A stretch of 64,000 nucleotides of DNA. It comes from Callorhinchus milii (Eukaryota). Under the pieces are notes generated by a model. That model had not been told where the DNA came from. It searched no databases and worked only from the letters and a program-made list of their open reading frames with translations. The stretch covers positions 70,992,001 through 71,056,000 of the forward strand of contig NW_024704742.1 in the NCBI RefSeq assembly GCF_018977255.1. Reading direction: 5' to 3'. Both the position numbers and the translations under genes were made by a program. Positions within the stretch are counted from its first letter, which is position 1; each line of letters opens with the position of its first letter. Below, one piece after another: positions 62,301 to 64,000 of the stretch.

Positions 62301-63427
62301 AGTAAGAGTAGGGGGTAAGGGAATACTCCGCACCAAATCTCATCAGCAATATCGGGTTAACACTTCCATAGGAAGTAATGGGAATTGATGTGAGCTGTGT
62401 TGTATGTATGGAATCCTATAACCTGGTTCTGCCTGGCATCCTGTTGGAGATTTGCTGCTGGTAAGAAGTGCTTCATGCAGGCGAAAGTTTTTTTTTTTGC
62501 AGCAGAAAAAAAAACAATTGGAGGGTCACCGCGGTCTGATCGCGAGGACGTGCTTGGAGTTTGTCTCAGAGAATTTGTGTTATAACCGCTTGTTTGCACG
62601 GAAGCATATTCAGAACGGGATCACTCAATCCACGTCTGTTTGTGGGACACTGCTGTGCGCAACTGGTTGCCATGTTTCGCCCACAAAATCTAGTCAATTC
62701 ACTGTACAATATATTCTGTGAAGCGCTTTGAGACGTCTTGACAACATGAGAAGGCGCTGTATCAAATATAAGGATTATTTTTAGATTATCCATTTGACGC
62801 AACTTCCGTGATCTTCAAGTGGAGATCTGAAGTGGAAACTGTGTGTCAGCCGGCCTTAGTTGGTCGTACTCTTGCCTCTAAGTCAAAAGGTTGGACTTTC
62901 AATCTCCAGAGCTTAGAACTTGTATAATCTAGGCTGACACTCCAATACAATCCTTGGCGTTGCTTTGCATTGTTGGATGAGACGTTAAACTGGGGTCCAA
63001 GTGCTTGTTCAGGTGGGCTTCAAAGATCTCATTGCACTATTTGAATAAAGAAGGGAGTTTCTCTCTCCCAGGGTCCTGGATAACAATCCCCCGAATAAAA
63101 TTGGTCACCCACTCCGTGGCTGTTTGTGGAACATTGCTGTGCGCAAGTTGGCTTCCATGTCCAGAGGCAGAGTTTGTGGTCACTACACTTTGCAGTGTAT
63201 TCTGTGAAGCACTTTGAGACATCCTCCCAACGTGAAGGGTTCTCTGTCAAATGCAAGACGTACTGTTATACTTGCATTATTGGAGGTACTATCCTTCGGG
63301 GTGAGATATGCTCCCAAGATTCCTTTTAACCTGCAAACCAAAGCTTTAATGGGTCTGGTGGTCCTAGCTGGACAACTAGTGGGAAAGCTTGCCATACAGC
63401 ACTCTCAATGGCAAGCTATGTGGTTTT

Positions 63428-63742
63428 AATAATAATAATAATCCTTGCATTTGATATAGCGCTTTTCACGTCGGGAGGACGTCCCAAAGCGCTTCACAGA
63501 ATATACTGTAAAGTGAATTGACTGTATATTTGTGGGCGAACGCGGCAGCCAATTGCGCACAGCAATGTCCCACAAACAGTCGTAGATTGAAAATGACCAA
63601 TTAATTATTGTTTTGGTTTTGGAGGGATTATTATCAGGTGTGTGGAGTAAGGAAACTTGCCCAAGGTTTCGCCCTGCCTGGAATTGAACTCAGGTCTCTC
63701 GCTTGCAAAGCGAGTGCTCTAACCACTGAGCTACAGGACTCC
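63428..63742 (-). mobile_element. Young short-subfamily SINE inserted in the unclassified repeat
   Basis: Full-length copy with gtttta on both sides, a probable target-site duplication. Confidence 0.88.
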
Positions 63743-64000
63743 ACGTTTTAGATGGTTAGACTCCAGCAGTGACCCCAACGTACACTCTGGGGTCCTCCAA
63801 TTCTTGGCTCTGGGCAATCTGCACCTAATACTGTCCAGAATTGGATAAGCAGGGTGCGTCCCGCCAGGGTGAGAGTGCGCATTCCATTCCTAACACCAGG
63901 AAATTATATTAATAATCTTTGGATTTCATATAGCGCCTCAAAGCGCTTCACAGAATATATTGTAAAGTAGATTGATTGTGTATTTTGGGTGAAATGGGCC

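Noticed and set aside
62485..62620. Poly-T acceptor followed by an open frame, considered as a later pcgf1 exon
   Set aside because: The translation lacks the expected RAWUL motif (VRCSVRAEVRHL) and there is no clear donor.

Overview
Repeat-dense vertebrate genomic DNA, most likely a cartilaginous fish (inferred from the fgf24-type gene and the L2/CR1/Deu-SINE repeat landscape). Two spliced genes lie on the + strand. The first is the last three coding exons of an FGF8/17/18/24-subfamily ligand, best read as fgf24 (7495-14781). The second is coding exons 1-5 of pcgf1 (48792-59398); its remaining exons were not found in the window. Most other sequence is decayed L2 and CR1 LINEs, tRNA-headed SINEs with L2-type tails, and simple repeats, with repeat-free islands that look like enhancers. 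Best leads: (1) an apparent small spliced antisense gene that starts in pcgf1 intron 1, splices over pcgf1 exon 1, keeps a 92-aa frame and ends at a canonical poly(A) site; (2) an unclassified, hairpin-rich, about 600-nt A-tailed repeat family with compensatory stem changes; (3) a young SINE subfamily whose 3' stem-loop matches the youngest L2. Repeat boundaries are approximate because they were read by eye. No rRNA, true tRNA or CRISPR array was seen.
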